Assembly: GCA_963813435.1 (NCBI GenBank) | Contig: CAWEYY010000002.1 | Span: forward strand, 554,793-618,792 | Direction of reading: 5' to 3' | Origin: an uncultured Actinomycetes bacterium | GTDB lineage: Bacteria > Actinomycetota > Thermoleophilia > Gaiellales > Gaiellaceae | DNA length: 64,000 bases | Part shown: piece after piece, positions 1-11,627 of the stretch | Layout of the letters: every line of letters begins with the position of its first letter | How positions within the stretch are numbered: the stretch's first letter is position 1 | Notes under the pieces: model-generated | Database searches by the model: none | Seen by the model: the letters and a program-made list of their open reading frames with translations, nothing else | Told to the model about the DNA's origin: nothing | Translations under genes and position numbers: made by a program

Positions 1-258
1 CGCGTCGCGCAGACCGATCGGTGCATACCCGTCCAGGATCGTCGTCAGCACATGGGCGAAGACGAAGGCGAGGGCGAGCAGCGTCACGTTGCGGTGGAGG
101 CCCGAGACGACAAAGCGCGGCCAGCGCGGAGCCGCCCACCGGGTCGACGTGAGAACCCCGAGGACGACCCCGGCGGTCAGGAGCACGAGCGCGACGATGC
201 CCGTCCCGCGCGTGAGATACCAGTATGCGCTCGGCCCGCTAGCGGCGAGCACCGTCAC
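1..258 (-). CDS. ferric-reductase-like (MsrQ/FRD-type) transmembrane protein, 5' part only; the gene runs off the left edge
   Basis: Own minus-strand translation: VTVLAASGPSAYWYLTRGTGIVALVLLTAGVVLGVLTSTRWAAPRWPRFVVSGLHRNVTLLALAFVFAHVLTTILDGYAPIGLRDA. GTG at 256-258 overlaps the apbE stop (GTGA). TM helices with conserved His. Not in the ORF track because it is truncated. Confidence 0.5.
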   Translation of the reverse strand, partial: MTVLAASGPSAYWYLTRGTGIVALVLLTAGVVLGVLTSTRWAAPRWPRFVVSGLHRNVTLLALAFVFAHVLTTILDGYAPIGLRDA

Positions 259-1187
259 GCCGGGTCCTCTGGCCAGCCGCCCACGCACACGACCTCTCCG
301 GACTCCCGGACGAGCCTGGCGGCGAGACCACGTCTGGCGAGCCAGTCAGGAGCCTTCTCTCCTAGCACGACGGCGGCCGTGCTCGCGATGTTTGCCTCCA
401 CGCAGGTGCCGGCCGCCACGGTCACGGTTTGCAGCGGCGTGCTGGCCGGGCGGCCGGTGCGCGGATCGATGATGTGGTGAAGGGTCACGTCTCCGGCACG
501 CCAGTGGCGAACAGTCGTCCCAGAGGTGGCGAGCCCGCCGGTGGCCATCGCGACGGTCGGCCCCGGCTCTTCGAGGTCCGCCGCCTGGTCGTCGGCGACG
601 CGGACGGGCCAGCCGCCCTCGGGCGCCGGACCGGCGACCGCGACATCTCCGCCGAGGCTGACGAGCACGCCGGTTCCCGAGGCACGCCAAGCGGCCTGCG
701 CGCTGCGATCGGCCGCGAGGGCCTTCGCGGTCGCACCGAGATCGAGCTCGACGTCCCTGTCGAGCCGGACCGTCCGACCCTTCGCGTCGAGCTCGACCCG
801 CCGCCAGCCGGGGACCGGCGCGAACTCGGCGCGGAAGGAGGCGCCGTCGCGGAGAGTCACGGTCGCGAAGCGGCGGTCGTAGCCGGCCAGGCGCAGCGTC
901 CGCCCTACGGTTGGGTCGACGAGTCCATTGGTCGACGCTGCGGCCGAGAGCGCGACCCGGATCGCCTCGAACAGGGGCAGGCTGACGGCCACCGGCCCCG
1001 CGCCGGCGGCGGCGTTGAGCCGAACGAGCTCGGAATCGCTCCGGAAACGGCTACAGGTCTCGTCGAGCTCTGAGAGCTCTCGTTCCAGCTCGCGCTGCGC
1101 CGGAGGCAGCCCTTCGGCCTCGGCCACGCACAGGCGAACGGTCGTCCCGAGAGCAGGGAAGGAAGCGGACGCCAGCCCGGCGATCAC
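255..1187 (-). CDS. apbE: FAD:protein FMN transferase (ApbE family)
   Basis: 310-aa ORF. ApbE-like blocks: MGT-type N-terminus (ALGTTVRL), DPTVG, LDLGATAKALAAD, ATSGT, HHIIDPRTG. GTG start in a GTGA overlap with the upstream ORF. Confidence 0.85.
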   Translation of the reverse strand: MIAGLASASFPALGTTVRLCVAEAEGLPPAQRELERELSELDETCSRFRSDSELVRLNAAAGAGPVAVSLPLFEAIRVALSAAASTNGLVDPTVGRTLRLAGYDRRFATVTLRDGASFRAEFAPVPGWRRVELDAKGRTVRLDRDVELDLGATAKALAADRSAQAAWRASGTGVLVSLGGDVAVAGPAPEGGWPVRVADDQAADLEEPGPTVAMATGGLATSGTTVRHWRAGDVTLHHIIDPRTGRPASTPLQTVTVAAGTCVEANIASTAAVVLGEKAPDWLARRGLAARLVRESGEVVCVGGWPEDPA

Positions 1188-1516
1188 GTCGCGCCGGTGA
1201 CTGCGACCGGCGCGACGGAGGTGGGCGCAGGGGTGACAGCAGGGGTCGTGGTCTGGCTCTGAACTCGGCTCCCGTCGTCGCTCTGCGCCCGGGTCGTCTG
1301 AGTCCTGCTCGGGACGGCCGGCGTCTGTCTGACCGCGCGCTTCGCGGACGTGACAGCCGTGGGCGCCTTGTGTCCCGGGGCCGAGTGGGCCGCCAGTGCG
1401 GCGAACGCACCGGCGAGCGCCGTCGCCCCGAAGATGGTGACCCGGGTCGCGCGTTTCAGCCGCGCGAGGCCCGCGTCTCGCGCGCGCGTCCGTGGCTCGA
1501 TGCGTGTGCGCTCCAT
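1184..1516 (-). CDS. small membrane-anchored Ser/Thr/Pro-rich protein ending in TGAT
   Basis: Track ORF 1184-1621. Start chosen at the internal Met (MERTRIEP...). One TM (VTIFGATALAGAFAALAAH) followed by a low-complexity tail. The stop overlaps the apbE start. Confidence 0.4.
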   Translation of the reverse strand: MERTRIEPRTRARDAGLARLKRATRVTIFGATALAGAFAALAAHSAPGHKAPTAVTSAKRAVRQTPAVPSRTQTTRAQSDDGSRVQSQTTTPAVTPAPTSVAPVAVTGAT

Positions 1517-1571
1517 CCGGCCAGACTGCCCGAGGAAGATGAGAGCTGAATGAGCCGCGGCTGAAGAACGA

Positions 1572-2924
1572 CTAAGAGTTCGGCGTGCTATCGAGTGCGA
1601 TCCAGACGTCGGCCCCGCCATCGCTCCGGTTCCGGGCCCCAGCCGTACCTCCGTGCGCCTCGGCGATCAGCTCGACGATCGCGAGCCCGAGTCCGCTGCC
1701 CGTGCCGCTTCGAGCCTCGTCGGAGCGGCTGAACCGGTCGAATGCGCCCAGGATGAAGTCCGGCGGAAAGCCGGGACCATCGTCTCGAACGTGGAGCTCG
1801 ACGAGATCCCCGCGCAGCTCCGCGGAGAGCTCCACGCGTCCACCACCGTGAGCCAGGGCGTTGTCGACGAGATTCCCAAGCGCCTGTTCGAGCCGCGCCG
1901 GGTCCGCGTCGAGCACGAGGCCATCCGGGGGCACGACCTCGAGCCTCCGTCCTCGCAGGCCCGCTGCGCTTGCGAAGCGTCCTGCCACGACGTTGAGCGC
2001 TTCTGCGGCAGAGATCCACTCCCGCCTGATCGGCAGCCCTCCCGCGTCGGAGCGCGCGATCAGCAGCAGATCCTCCGCGAGCCGTGCCAGACGGTCGGTC
2101 TCATCCAGTGCGGAGCGCAAGGCCTCTTCGAGCTCGGCGCGCGATCGCCGACGGCGAAGCGCGAGCTCGAGCTCGGTCTTCAGAAGCGCCAGCGGTGTCC
2201 GTAACTCGTGGCTCGCGTCAGCGACGAAGCGCCGCTCGTGGGCAAATGCCGCCTCGAGCCGGGCGAGCATCTCGTTCAGCGTCTCCGCCAGCCTGGAGAT
2301 CTCGTCGCGCGCAGTCGGTTCCGGCAGCCGCGCACCCGGCGTGGAAGCCGAGATCGCCTCGGCCCGGACACGCATCGCCTCGACCGGGCGAAGCGCTGCG
2401 GCAGCCAGCCCGTAGCCGGCGAGAGCTGCGAGCACCAGCGCGAGCGGGCCTGCGAGGACGAGCTCCTCCAGCAGGTGGTCGAGCGTCTCGTTGCGCGCCT
2501 CGAACGACTTCGCAACCACCAGCGCGGCTCGTCGGCCCTTCACGGTGGTGGGCTCGGCAAGCACACGCCAGCGGTCGCGCAGGCCCGGCAGCCCACCCGA
2601 ACGGAGGATCCGCTCGCCGCCTGCTACCCGCCGCACGTCTTCGGCGTTCAGCAAGCGGGGCAGTCCGGGTGGGTCGGACCTGACCACCCGCCCGCCGCCG
2701 CCGATCACCTGGGCGACTCCGCCTCCGACTGCCGCGTCGAGATCCAGCCGACCCCGGTCGAGGTGGGAGACGTCGACCGTCTGGGAGCGCAGGCTCTGGT
2801 CCATCGAGCCGAGCAGCGCGCTGCCGACCCGGACGTAGACGAAGAAGCTCATCCCGGCCAGCACGACCGCCATCACGAGCGTGAAGGCAAGGGTCAGGCG
2901 CAAGCGGATCGGGATCGCGCTCAA
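1572..2924 (-). CDS. sensor histidine kinase (HAMP-HisKA-HATPase, OmpR-partner type)
   Basis: 450 aa. Two TM segments, H-box ASHELRTPLA, G-boxes DDGPGF and GSGLGLAIV. TTGA overlap with the response regulator. Confidence 0.85.
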   Translation of the reverse strand: MSAIPIRLRLTLAFTLVMAVVLAGMSFFVYVRVGSALLGSMDQSLRSQTVDVSHLDRGRLDLDAAVGGGVAQVIGGGGRVVRSDPPGLPRLLNAEDVRRVAGGERILRSGGLPGLRDRWRVLAEPTTVKGRRAALVVAKSFEARNETLDHLLEELVLAGPLALVLAALAGYGLAAAALRPVEAMRVRAEAISASTPGARLPEPTARDEISRLAETLNEMLARLEAAFAHERRFVADASHELRTPLALLKTELELALRRRRSRAELEEALRSALDETDRLARLAEDLLLIARSDAGGLPIRREWISAAEALNVVAGRFASAAGLRGRRLEVVPPDGLVLDADPARLEQALGNLVDNALAHGGGRVELSAELRGDLVELHVRDDGPGFPPDFILGAFDRFSRSDEARSGTGSGLGLAIVELIAEAHGGTAGARNRSDGGADVWIALDSTPNS

Positions 2925-3598
2925 CCGCCGTCCTCACGGAGCCGGTAGCCCACCCGGTGCACCGTCTCGATCGCATGCCGGCCGAAGGGCCGGTCGATCT
3001 TCTCCCGCAGGTAGCGCACGTAGACGTCGACCAGGTTCGAGCGGCTCTCGTAGCCGAGGTCCCAGGCGCTCTCGAGGAGCTGGAACCGCGAGAGCGCCTG
3101 GCCGGGCCTGCGCATGAATGACTCAAGCAGCGCAAACTCCTTGGACGAGAGCTCGAGCTCGACCTCCCCTCTCCACGCCCTGTGCGATCCGGGGTCGAGC
3201 CGCAGGTCGCCCGCCTGGAGCACGGCCGGACGCTCGGCAGGAGCGCGGCGCACGAGCGCCCGCAGCCGGGCCAGCAGCTCCGCGAACGCGAAGGGCTTGA
3301 CGAGGTAGTCGTCAGCGCCGCTGTCGAGTCCCTCGATTCGACTCTCGACGGCGTCGCGTGCCGTCAGAAACAGGATCGGCGCCCAGACTCCGGCCTCGCG
3401 CAGCGCCCTGCAGGTCGCGAAGCCGTCCTGACCGGGCAGCATGACGTCCAGGACGATCGCGTCGAACGAGACGGCACGCGCCATCCAGAGAGCGTCCTCG
3501 CCGCGACCGGCCACCTCGGCCACATGACCTTCCTCCCGCAGCCCGCGGGCGAGCAGATCAGCGAGCTTCTTCTCGTCCTCGACCACGAGCACACGCAT
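2921..3598 (-). CDS. OmpR-family response regulator
   Basis: MRVLVVEDE receiver followed by a winged-helix C-terminus (LSSKEFALLESFM...TVHRVGYRL). Start set at the internal Met; the track ORF extends to 3625. Confidence 0.9.
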   Translation of the reverse strand: MRVLVVEDEKKLADLLARGLREEGHVAEVAGRGEDALWMARAVSFDAIVLDVMLPGQDGFATCRALREAGVWAPILFLTARDAVESRIEGLDSGADDYLVKPFAFAELLARLRALVRRAPAERPAVLQAGDLRLDPGSHRAWRGEVELELSSKEFALLESFMRRPGQALSRFQLLESAWDLGYESRSNLVDVYVRYLREKIDRPFGRHAIETVHRVGYRLREDGG

Positions 3599-3605
3599 CG
3601 GTCTA

Positions 3606-4427
3606 TTGTGCTCGCGAAGCGGCAAGCCGGATGTCCGCTCTCATCGCGCCCTCATCTCGGCCAGGTTCGATGAGTGCGTGCGCGCCAAGACGAGCCCAGA
3701 GCCCGCGCCGCAGGCTGCCCGCGATTCGACCGTCGGCAACGAGCGCCTGACGGCCATGACCGCGGCGGTTCTGCTCGTTCTGCTGGCGGTGGAAGGGCTC
3801 ACGATCCTCTCGATCCGGCAACTGCTCTCGTTGCACGTTGTGGTCGGGCTCCTCCTGATCCCGCCGGTGGCGCTGAAGCTCGGCAGCACCGGCTACCGCT
3901 TTGTTCGCTACTACACAGGCGACCGGGCGTACGTTGCCAAGGGGCCCCCGCACATCGTGATGCGACTGCTCGCGCCGCTGCTCGTCGTCTCCACCGTCGC
4001 CGTCCTCGGGACGGGAGTGGCGCTCCTTGTGCTCGGGCCTCACAGGCACCGCGACATCGTCCTGGGCCTTCACAAGGCCAGCTTTCTCGTCTGGTTCGCC
4101 GTGATGAGCGTGCACGTGCTCGTCTATGCACCCCGGCTGCCGCGCATCGTCCTGTCACGGAGCCGCCCCGCCGTGACCGGTGCCGGCCTGATCGCCGGCT
4201 CGCTCCTCGCCGGGGCGGCGCTCGCCGCCTCCGCCTACTCGCTCGCGGGGCCATGGCTCCACCGCGCTCACGAGCGCGACCGCGAAGGCGCTCCCGCGTC
4301 TCAAGAGGAGATCGTGAAGTGGACGCCGGCGAGGCCCTCGAGCGAGAAGCCTTCCGCCGGACCGGGCGAGACCCCCATCTCCAACCTCGGGCGGTTCCAG
4401 CGCTCGAACTGCTCCCGGTCGATGTAG
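3606..4427 (+). CDS. integral membrane protein, function unknown
   Basis: 273-aa ORF with 4-5 hydrophobic helices. The start is uncertain (TTG 3606, GTG 3678 or ATG 3756). The 3' tail overlaps the convergent DUF779 gene. Confidence 0.5.
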   Translation: MCSRSGKPDVRSHRALISARFDECVRAKTSPEPAPQAARDSTVGNERLTAMTAAVLLVLLAVEGLTILSIRQLLSLHVVVGLLLIPPVALKLGSTGYRFVRYYTGDRAYVAKGPPHIVMRLLAPLLVVSTVAVLGTGVALLVLGPHRHRDIVLGLHKASFLVWFAVMSVHVLVYAPRLPRIVLSRSRPAVTGAGLIAGSLLAGAALAASAYSLAGPWLHRAHERDREGAPASQEEIVKWTPARPSSEKPSAGPGETPISNLGRFQRSNCSRSM

Positions 4428-4627
4428 AAGGGCACGCCTTCGACCTCGCCGAGGAGGACGTCCTCCGCACCGAGGATCAGCTCGCCTTCGCGTAGGCAGA
4501 TCGGGGAGCTGCCGTCGCAGCAGCCCCCCGAGAGGAAGAGCATCAGCGGCCCGAAGGTGGCCGTCAGGTTGCGGAGCACCGTGACCGCGGCGTCCGTGGC
4601 GACGACCTGCTCGGCCACCGGGCTCAT
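4301..4627 (-). CDS. DUF779 family protein
   Basis: 108 aa with GGCCDGSSP and FYID motifs. It lies immediately downstream of the aldehyde dehydrogenase, the usual pairing. Confidence 0.8.
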   Translation of the reverse strand: MSPVAEQVVATDAAVTVLRNLTATFGPLMLFLSGGCCDGSSPICLREGELILGAEDVLLGEVEGVPFYIDREQFERWNRPRLEMGVSPGPAEGFSLEGLAGVHFTISS

Positions 4628-6169
<1,542 letters not shown>

Positions 6170-6290
6170 GGCGTCTCCTTTCGAGAAGAGGACGGGCGGT
6201 ATTGCCCGCTGACCGACAGCGTCGCGCGGCGCACCTGCGCAGGCATCGGGGTCGCCGCTGACCCGGTTGCCTGAAAACCCGTATTCGTGA

Positions 6291-6346
6291 GGCGCCGACT
6301 CGGCGGCGCCGACCATGGAGGCCGCACCGGCTAGGCCAGTGCGGCC
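6291..6346 (-). terminator. two GC-rich hairpins downstream of the hydrogenase operon
   Basis: GGCGCCG-N6-CGGCGCC (6291-6310) and GGCCGCAC-N11-GTGCGGCC (6320-6346). No U-tract. Confidence 0.3.
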
Positions 6347-6400
6347 GTCCAACGCACCGTCTCGAAATCGAGAGGTGTGCCGCTTCTCCCGGGAATGGCC

Positions 6401-6664
6401 TCAGAGCCGAAGGTCGATCGACTCGAGCACGACGCCCTGCGCGTCGGGCTCGGTCGGGTCGGTGCGCAGCTCGGCCTCGACCTCGGCGCCCTCGGCGATC
6501 GTGCCGCGAGAGGCGTGCTCGAAGTGCTCGCGGAAGTGGGCCTCGGTGAAGTGGGAGAGCGCGCCGAGCCGCACGCGGATGCGGGTGACCCGGGCACCGC
6601 CCTCCGCGCTTGCCTCGGCCTCGATCTTGCGCATCAGGTCGTCCATCAGCGCCTTCTCGTGCAC
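6401..6664 (-). CDS. hypA: HypA-like nickel metallochaperone lacking the zinc-ribbon domain
   Basis: 87 aa. N-terminal MHE motif and a GTIAEGAEVE block as in HypA. No Cys residue at all. GTG start. Confidence 0.7.
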   Translation of the reverse strand: MHEKALMDDLMRKIEAEASAEGGARVTRIRVRLGALSHFTEAHFREHFEHASRGTIAEGAEVEAELRTDPTEPDAQGVVLESIDLRL

Positions 6665-7137
6665 TCGGCCACCTCCTCTCGCACGACCTCGGCGACGCGA
6701 GTCGCGGCCGCCTCCACCTCCGGGCTGAGCGTCTCCCCCGTCTCGAAGCTGGCTCCCTCGATCCCGTACACGATCGTCGTCTCGGGGAGCCGGCCGAGCG
6801 CACGCGCGAGCTCGACGGCCTCGGCCAGGCCCATGTGGTGCGTCGACGTGTCGAAGAGCGCGGCCGGCAGCTCGACCTCGCTCGCGTCGTGGCGGTGGAC
6901 GGTTCCCGGCTCGGCGCCCGAGGAGACCGCGTCGACGAGCCAGACCGCGTCGGCCCCCTCCCAGGAGTCGATCAGTCCGCTCGGCTCGCCCTCGCGCTCG
7001 AGCACCTCCACACCCTCGGGAAGCGACCCGCCCAGCAGGCGCGCAACCGCCAGCCCGGCTCCGTCGTCGTTCCGCCAGGCGTTCCCGATCCCGATTACCT
7101 TCGTTCGACCTCCAGCGTCAGGAAGTGCGTCGCACAC
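6646..7137 (-). CDS. hydrogenase maturation endopeptidase (HycI/HoxW/FrhD family)
   Basis: C-terminal 150 aa of track ORF 6646-8082: [15 protein letters not shown]...DAV...HHMGL. No ATG near the expected start, so a GTG at 7135-7137 or 7144-7146 is assumed. Confidence 0.7.
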   Translation of the reverse strand: MCDALPDAGGRTKVIGIGNAWRNDDGAGLAVARLLGGSLPEGVEVLEREGEPSGLIDSWEGADAVWLVDAVSSGAEPGTVHRHDASEVELPAALFDTSTHHMGLAEAVELARALGRLPETTIVYGIEGASFETGETLSPEVEAAATRVAEVVREEVAECTRRR

Positions 7138-8405
7138 GAGATGCACGGGTCGTAGTTGCGGATCGTCTGCTCGCAGAGCAGCGCCAGCTCCTCGTCGGGG
7201 ACGTCGAGCGAGCGCTCGACCACGCCGCGCAGGTCCTCCTCGATCGTGCGCTGGTTCTGCGAGGTCGGCGGGACGATCTTCGCGTCGAGGATCGTGCCGT
7301 CCTCGTCGAGCTCGTAACGGTGGTAGAGGATCCCGCGCGGGGCCTCGGTGCAGCCGTAGCCCACGCCGGCGCGCGGCTCGACCTCGACGGCGGGCGCATC
7401 GGGCTCCTCGTACTCCGCGATCAGCCGCAGCGCCTCGTCGGCGGCGTAGACGAGCTCGACCGCGCGGACGACGATGCTGCGGAACGGGTTGCGCTCGCCG
7501 GGCTCGAGGCCGGCCTCCTTCGCCGCCTCGGCTGCGAGAGGCGACAGGCGGTCGGTTCCGAGGGCGAAGCGCGCAAGCGGGCCACAGAGGTAGGAGCCGC
7601 GCTCGCGAATCTGGGAGTGGAGCGCGTTCGACCACGGCACGTGCTCCTCGACGAAGTGGTCGTCGTACTCGGAGACCGCGATGTCGAGCCCGCGGTTGGA
7701 GACGATCCGGCCGAGGTCGATCGGGTACTCGCCCGGCTGGTCGAGCGCGACGAGCTCGTAGTCCTGCTCGTAGTCCGGGAAGTCGAGCCCGGCGGTGAAG
7801 CCCACGGTCTCGAGCGCGATCTCCCTCGCCCGCTCGAGCTTCTCCACGAGCGGCTGCAGCTCCTTCCTGCGGGGCGCGCGGTACCAGCCGCCGACACGCA
7901 CGTTGATCGGGTGCACCTCGCGGCCCCCGACCACGGTCATCACCTCGTTGCCGATCTTCTTCAGCTCGAGCGCCTTCGCCACCGCGTCCGGGTTGTCTCG
8001 GGCGAGCTCGATCGCGCTCTCGTAGCCGAGGAAGTCGGGCAGGTGGAGCATGTAGACGTGCAGCGTGTGGCTCTCGATCCACTCGCCGCAGTAGAGGAGC
8101 CGCCGCAAGGCTCGCAGCTGGCCGTCGACCTCGACGCCACAGGCGTCCTCCATCGCGTGACAGGCACTCATCTGGTACGCGACCGGGCAGATGCCGCAGA
8201 TTCGCGCCGTGATGTCGGGAGCCTCGGTGAACGCGCGCCCGCGCAGGAAGGCCTCGAAGAAGCGCGGCGGCTCGTAGATGTTGAGCTTGACCTCCTCGAC
8301 TCGCCCGTCCGCGATCTTGACGAGCATCGCGCCCTCGCCCTCCACCCGGGCGAGGTAGTCGGTCTTGATCGTCTTCGTCCTAGCTCTGGCCATCGGTCCG
8401 CGCAT
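7095..8405 (-). CDS. hyhL: [NiFe]-hydrogenase large subunit, group 3b-like
   Basis: 436 aa. N-terminal [16 protein letters not shown] and C-terminal DPCISCATH Ni-Fe ligand motifs. Confidence 0.9.
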   Translation of the reverse strand: MRGPMARARTKTIKTDYLARVEGEGAMLVKIADGRVEEVKLNIYEPPRFFEAFLRGRAFTEAPDITARICGICPVAYQMSACHAMEDACGVEVDGQLRALRRLLYCGEWIESHTLHVYMLHLPDFLGYESAIELARDNPDAVAKALELKKIGNEVMTVVGGREVHPINVRVGGWYRAPRRKELQPLVEKLERAREIALETVGFTAGLDFPDYEQDYELVALDQPGEYPIDLGRIVSNRGLDIAVSEYDDHFVEEHVPWSNALHSQIRERGSYLCGPLARFALGTDRLSPLAAEAAKEAGLEPGERNPFRSIVVRAVELVYAADEALRLIAEYEEPDAPAVEVEPRAGVGYGCTEAPRGILYHRYELDEDGTILDAKIVPPTSQNQRTIEEDLRGVVERSLDVPDEELALLCEQTIRNYDPCISCATHFLTLEVERR

Positions 8406-9144
8406 TCTCGAAGGCCTGGACGTTGAACGTGCGGAAGACGCGCTCGACGCCGCGTTCGCCCATCCCCAGCACCTGCAGCTGCTTCGTCAGCGAGACGGTG
8501 TTCGGCGTCTCCATCGGCCCGAAGCAGCCGTAGCAGCCGCGGTCGTAGGCGGGGCAGAGCGCGCCGCAGCCGGCATGCGTGACCGGACCGAGGCAGGGCG
8601 TCCCATGGGCAACCATCACGCAGACGATCCCGCGGCGCTTGCACTCGGTGCAGACGCTCGTCGAGGCGATGCTCGGCCTGCGCCCGTGCAGGAACGCGGT
8701 CACAACTTCGAGCAGCTGGCGCTTGTTGATCGGGCAGCCGTTCAGCTCGTAGTCGACCGGAACGTGGGCCGAGATCGGGGTCGAGGTCTCGAGCGTCGAG
8801 ACGTACTCCGGCGACGCATACACCACGGAGAGGAAGTCGCTCACGTCGGCGAAGTTGCGCAGCGCTTGGATGCCGCCCGCGGTCGCGCAGGCCCCGATCG
8901 TCACCAGCTTCTTCGACGAGCGCCGCACCTCCTGGATCCGCTGGGCGTCGTGTGCGGTGGTGACCGAGCCTTCGACGAGCGAGAGGTCGTAGGGACCCTT
9001 GATGGTCGCGCGCCTCGCCTCCAGGAAGTACGCGATCTCGACCTCGCCCGCGAGCGCCAGCAGCTCGTCCTCGCAGTCGAGCAGCGAGAGCTGGCAGCCG
9101 TCGCATGAGGCGAACTTCCAGACGGCGAGCTTGGGCTTTCTCAT
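8380..9144 (-). CDS. hyhS: [NiFe]-hydrogenase small (delta) subunit, group 3b-like
   Basis: 254 aa from [18 protein letters not shown], with several Cys clusters. ATGA overlap with the gamma subunit. It is the C-terminal part of track ORF 8380-9888. Confidence 0.9.
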   Translation of the reverse strand: MRKPKLAVWKFASCDGCQLSLLDCEDELLALAGEVEIAYFLEARRATIKGPYDLSLVEGSVTTAHDAQRIQEVRRSSKKLVTIGACATAGGIQALRNFADVSDFLSVVYASPEYVSTLETSTPISAHVPVDYELNGCPINKRQLLEVVTAFLHGRRPSIASTSVCTECKRRGIVCVMVAHGTPCLGPVTHAGCGALCPAYDRGCYGCFGPMETPNTVSLTKQLQVLGMGERGVERVFRTFNVQAFENARTDGQS

Positions 9145-9974
9145 AGTTCGCGCACCCTCATCAGGGCCTCGACCTCGTCCCAGCGGTAGACCGGGCCGTC
9201 GCGGCAGATCAGGGTCGGGCCGAGCTGACAGTGTCCACAGTGACCGACCCCGCACTGCATGTTCCGCTCCATGGAGACGTAGATCCGGTCGGGCGCGACC
9301 CCGCGCTCGAGGAGCGCCTCGGTGCTCGTGCGCATCATGATCTCGGGCCCGCAGATGAAGGCGGTCGCGGCGGCCGGGTCGAAGCGCGCACTCGCCACGA
9401 GCTTCGCGACGAACCCGACCTTGCCCGTCCAGCTCGCGTCGGCCGCATCCACCGTCACGTCGACCTGAAGCCGTTTGCGCCAGCGGTCGAGCTCCCGTGC
9501 GTACAGCAGCTCGTCGGGCCGGCGGCTTCCGTAGAGCACCACCGCCTCGCCGAGCTCCCGGCGACGGCGGAGAAGCTCGTGGACCACCGGGCGCAGGGGC
9601 GCGAGGCCGATCCCGCCCGCGATGACGATCGCGTCGCCGCCGAGGGCGGACTCGACCGGCCAGGCGTTGCCGAACGGGCCGCGCACGCCCAGGACGGCCC
9701 CGCGCTTGGCGCCGCAGATCGCCTGCGTAACCGCGCCGACCGCGCGCACCGTGTGCACGAGCCGCCCCTCGACGTCGCCGGAGACCGAGATCGGCACCTC
9801 GCCGATCCCGAAGGCGTAGAGCATCGTGAACTGGCCGGGCGAGAGCTGCAGCGGGCCCCCGCCGGCCGGCTCGAGCTCGAGCGTCCACGTGTCCTCGGTC
9901 TCCTTGCGCCGCCGCGTCACCGCGAACGGACGCGGGGCCATCGGCCCGTGGAGCTCAGCTGCCGTCGTGGCCAT
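9141..9974 (-). CDS. hyhG: hydrogenase gamma subunit (FAD/NAD(P)-binding, 2Fe-2S)
   Basis: 277 aa. Ferredoxin-reductase-type fold motifs (GGIGLAP) and C-terminal CGVGHCGHC. An alternative start is at 9941. Confidence 0.85.
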   Translation of the reverse strand: MATTAAELHGPMAPRPFAVTRRRKETEDTWTLELEPAGGGPLQLSPGQFTMLYAFGIGEVPISVSGDVEGRLVHTVRAVGAVTQAICGAKRGAVLGVRGPFGNAWPVESALGGDAIVIAGGIGLAPLRPVVHELLRRRRELGEAVVLYGSRRPDELLYARELDRWRKRLQVDVTVDAADASWTGKVGFVAKLVASARFDPAAATAFICGPEIMMRTSTEALLERGVAPDRIYVSMERNMQCGVGHCGHCQLGPTLICRDGPVYRWDEVEALMRVREL

Positions 9975-10405
9975 AGAGATCCAGAAGGCGGAGCCTCGTC
10001 CACTGCAGGCGCTCGATCAGCACCTGCGCGAAGCGGGACATCAGCTCGAATCCGAGCTTCGGGTCGTCCTCGCACTTCCCGCGCAGGCACGCGCCGTCGA
10101 AGGCCGTGGCGCGCAGGGGCGTGAGCGCCCGCGCGTCGAAGTGCCAGCGGTAGGGCGGGAAGAGCCACGACCAGCCGACGACCTCGCCGGCCTCGAGCGT
10201 CTCGATGATCGCCGGTCCCCGGGCCGGCACGTACGTCTCCAGCGCGACGCTGCCGTGCCGGATGAGGAAGAAGGTGTCGGCGGCGTCGCCCTCGCGGAAG
10301 AGCATCGCGCCCGCGTCGAAGTGGACGTTTTGCGCGCAGCCGGCGAGCAGCGTCAGGTCGTCAGCCGGAAGCCCGTGGAACACGGGTACGTCGCGCAGCA
10401 GTGTG

Positions 10406-10419
<14 letters not shown>
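9955..10419 (-). CDS. stand-alone cyclic-nucleotide-binding-like domain protein
   Basis: 154 aa. cNMP-domain pattern FHGLP...FREGD...FFLIRHG...GEVVGWSWL. No HTH or other output domain. Confidence 0.75.
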
Positions 10420-11545
<1,126 letters not shown>

Positions 11546-11627
11546 CTCGCGGTGAGCCTCGCAGTCCGGCGTTGAGCCTACATCCGGGCCTTCCCCGATT
11601 CCGAATGTGGTCTAGTGCCATGCGCAG

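Noticed and set aside
4301-4427. A 127-bp convergent overlap between the membrane-protein ORF and the DUF779 gene, which might indicate a mis-call or an antisense arrangement.
   Set aside because: The overlap follows from stop-codon positions alone, and the membrane protein's tail is low-complexity. It is most likely incidental and cannot be resolved without homologues.
6377-7798. Very long Arg/Ala/Pro/Ser-rich ORFs on the opposite strand or in alternative frames of real genes. Examples: 6377-7798 (+), 8168-9106 (-), 22357-25527 (-), 29703-31202 (+), 41112-43466 (+), 50422-52689 (+) and 52943-54472 (-).
   Set aside because: These are typical shadow ORFs of a ~70% GC genome. They have low-complexity R/A/P/G composition and no recognisable motifs, and each fully overlaps a gene with clear family signatures.
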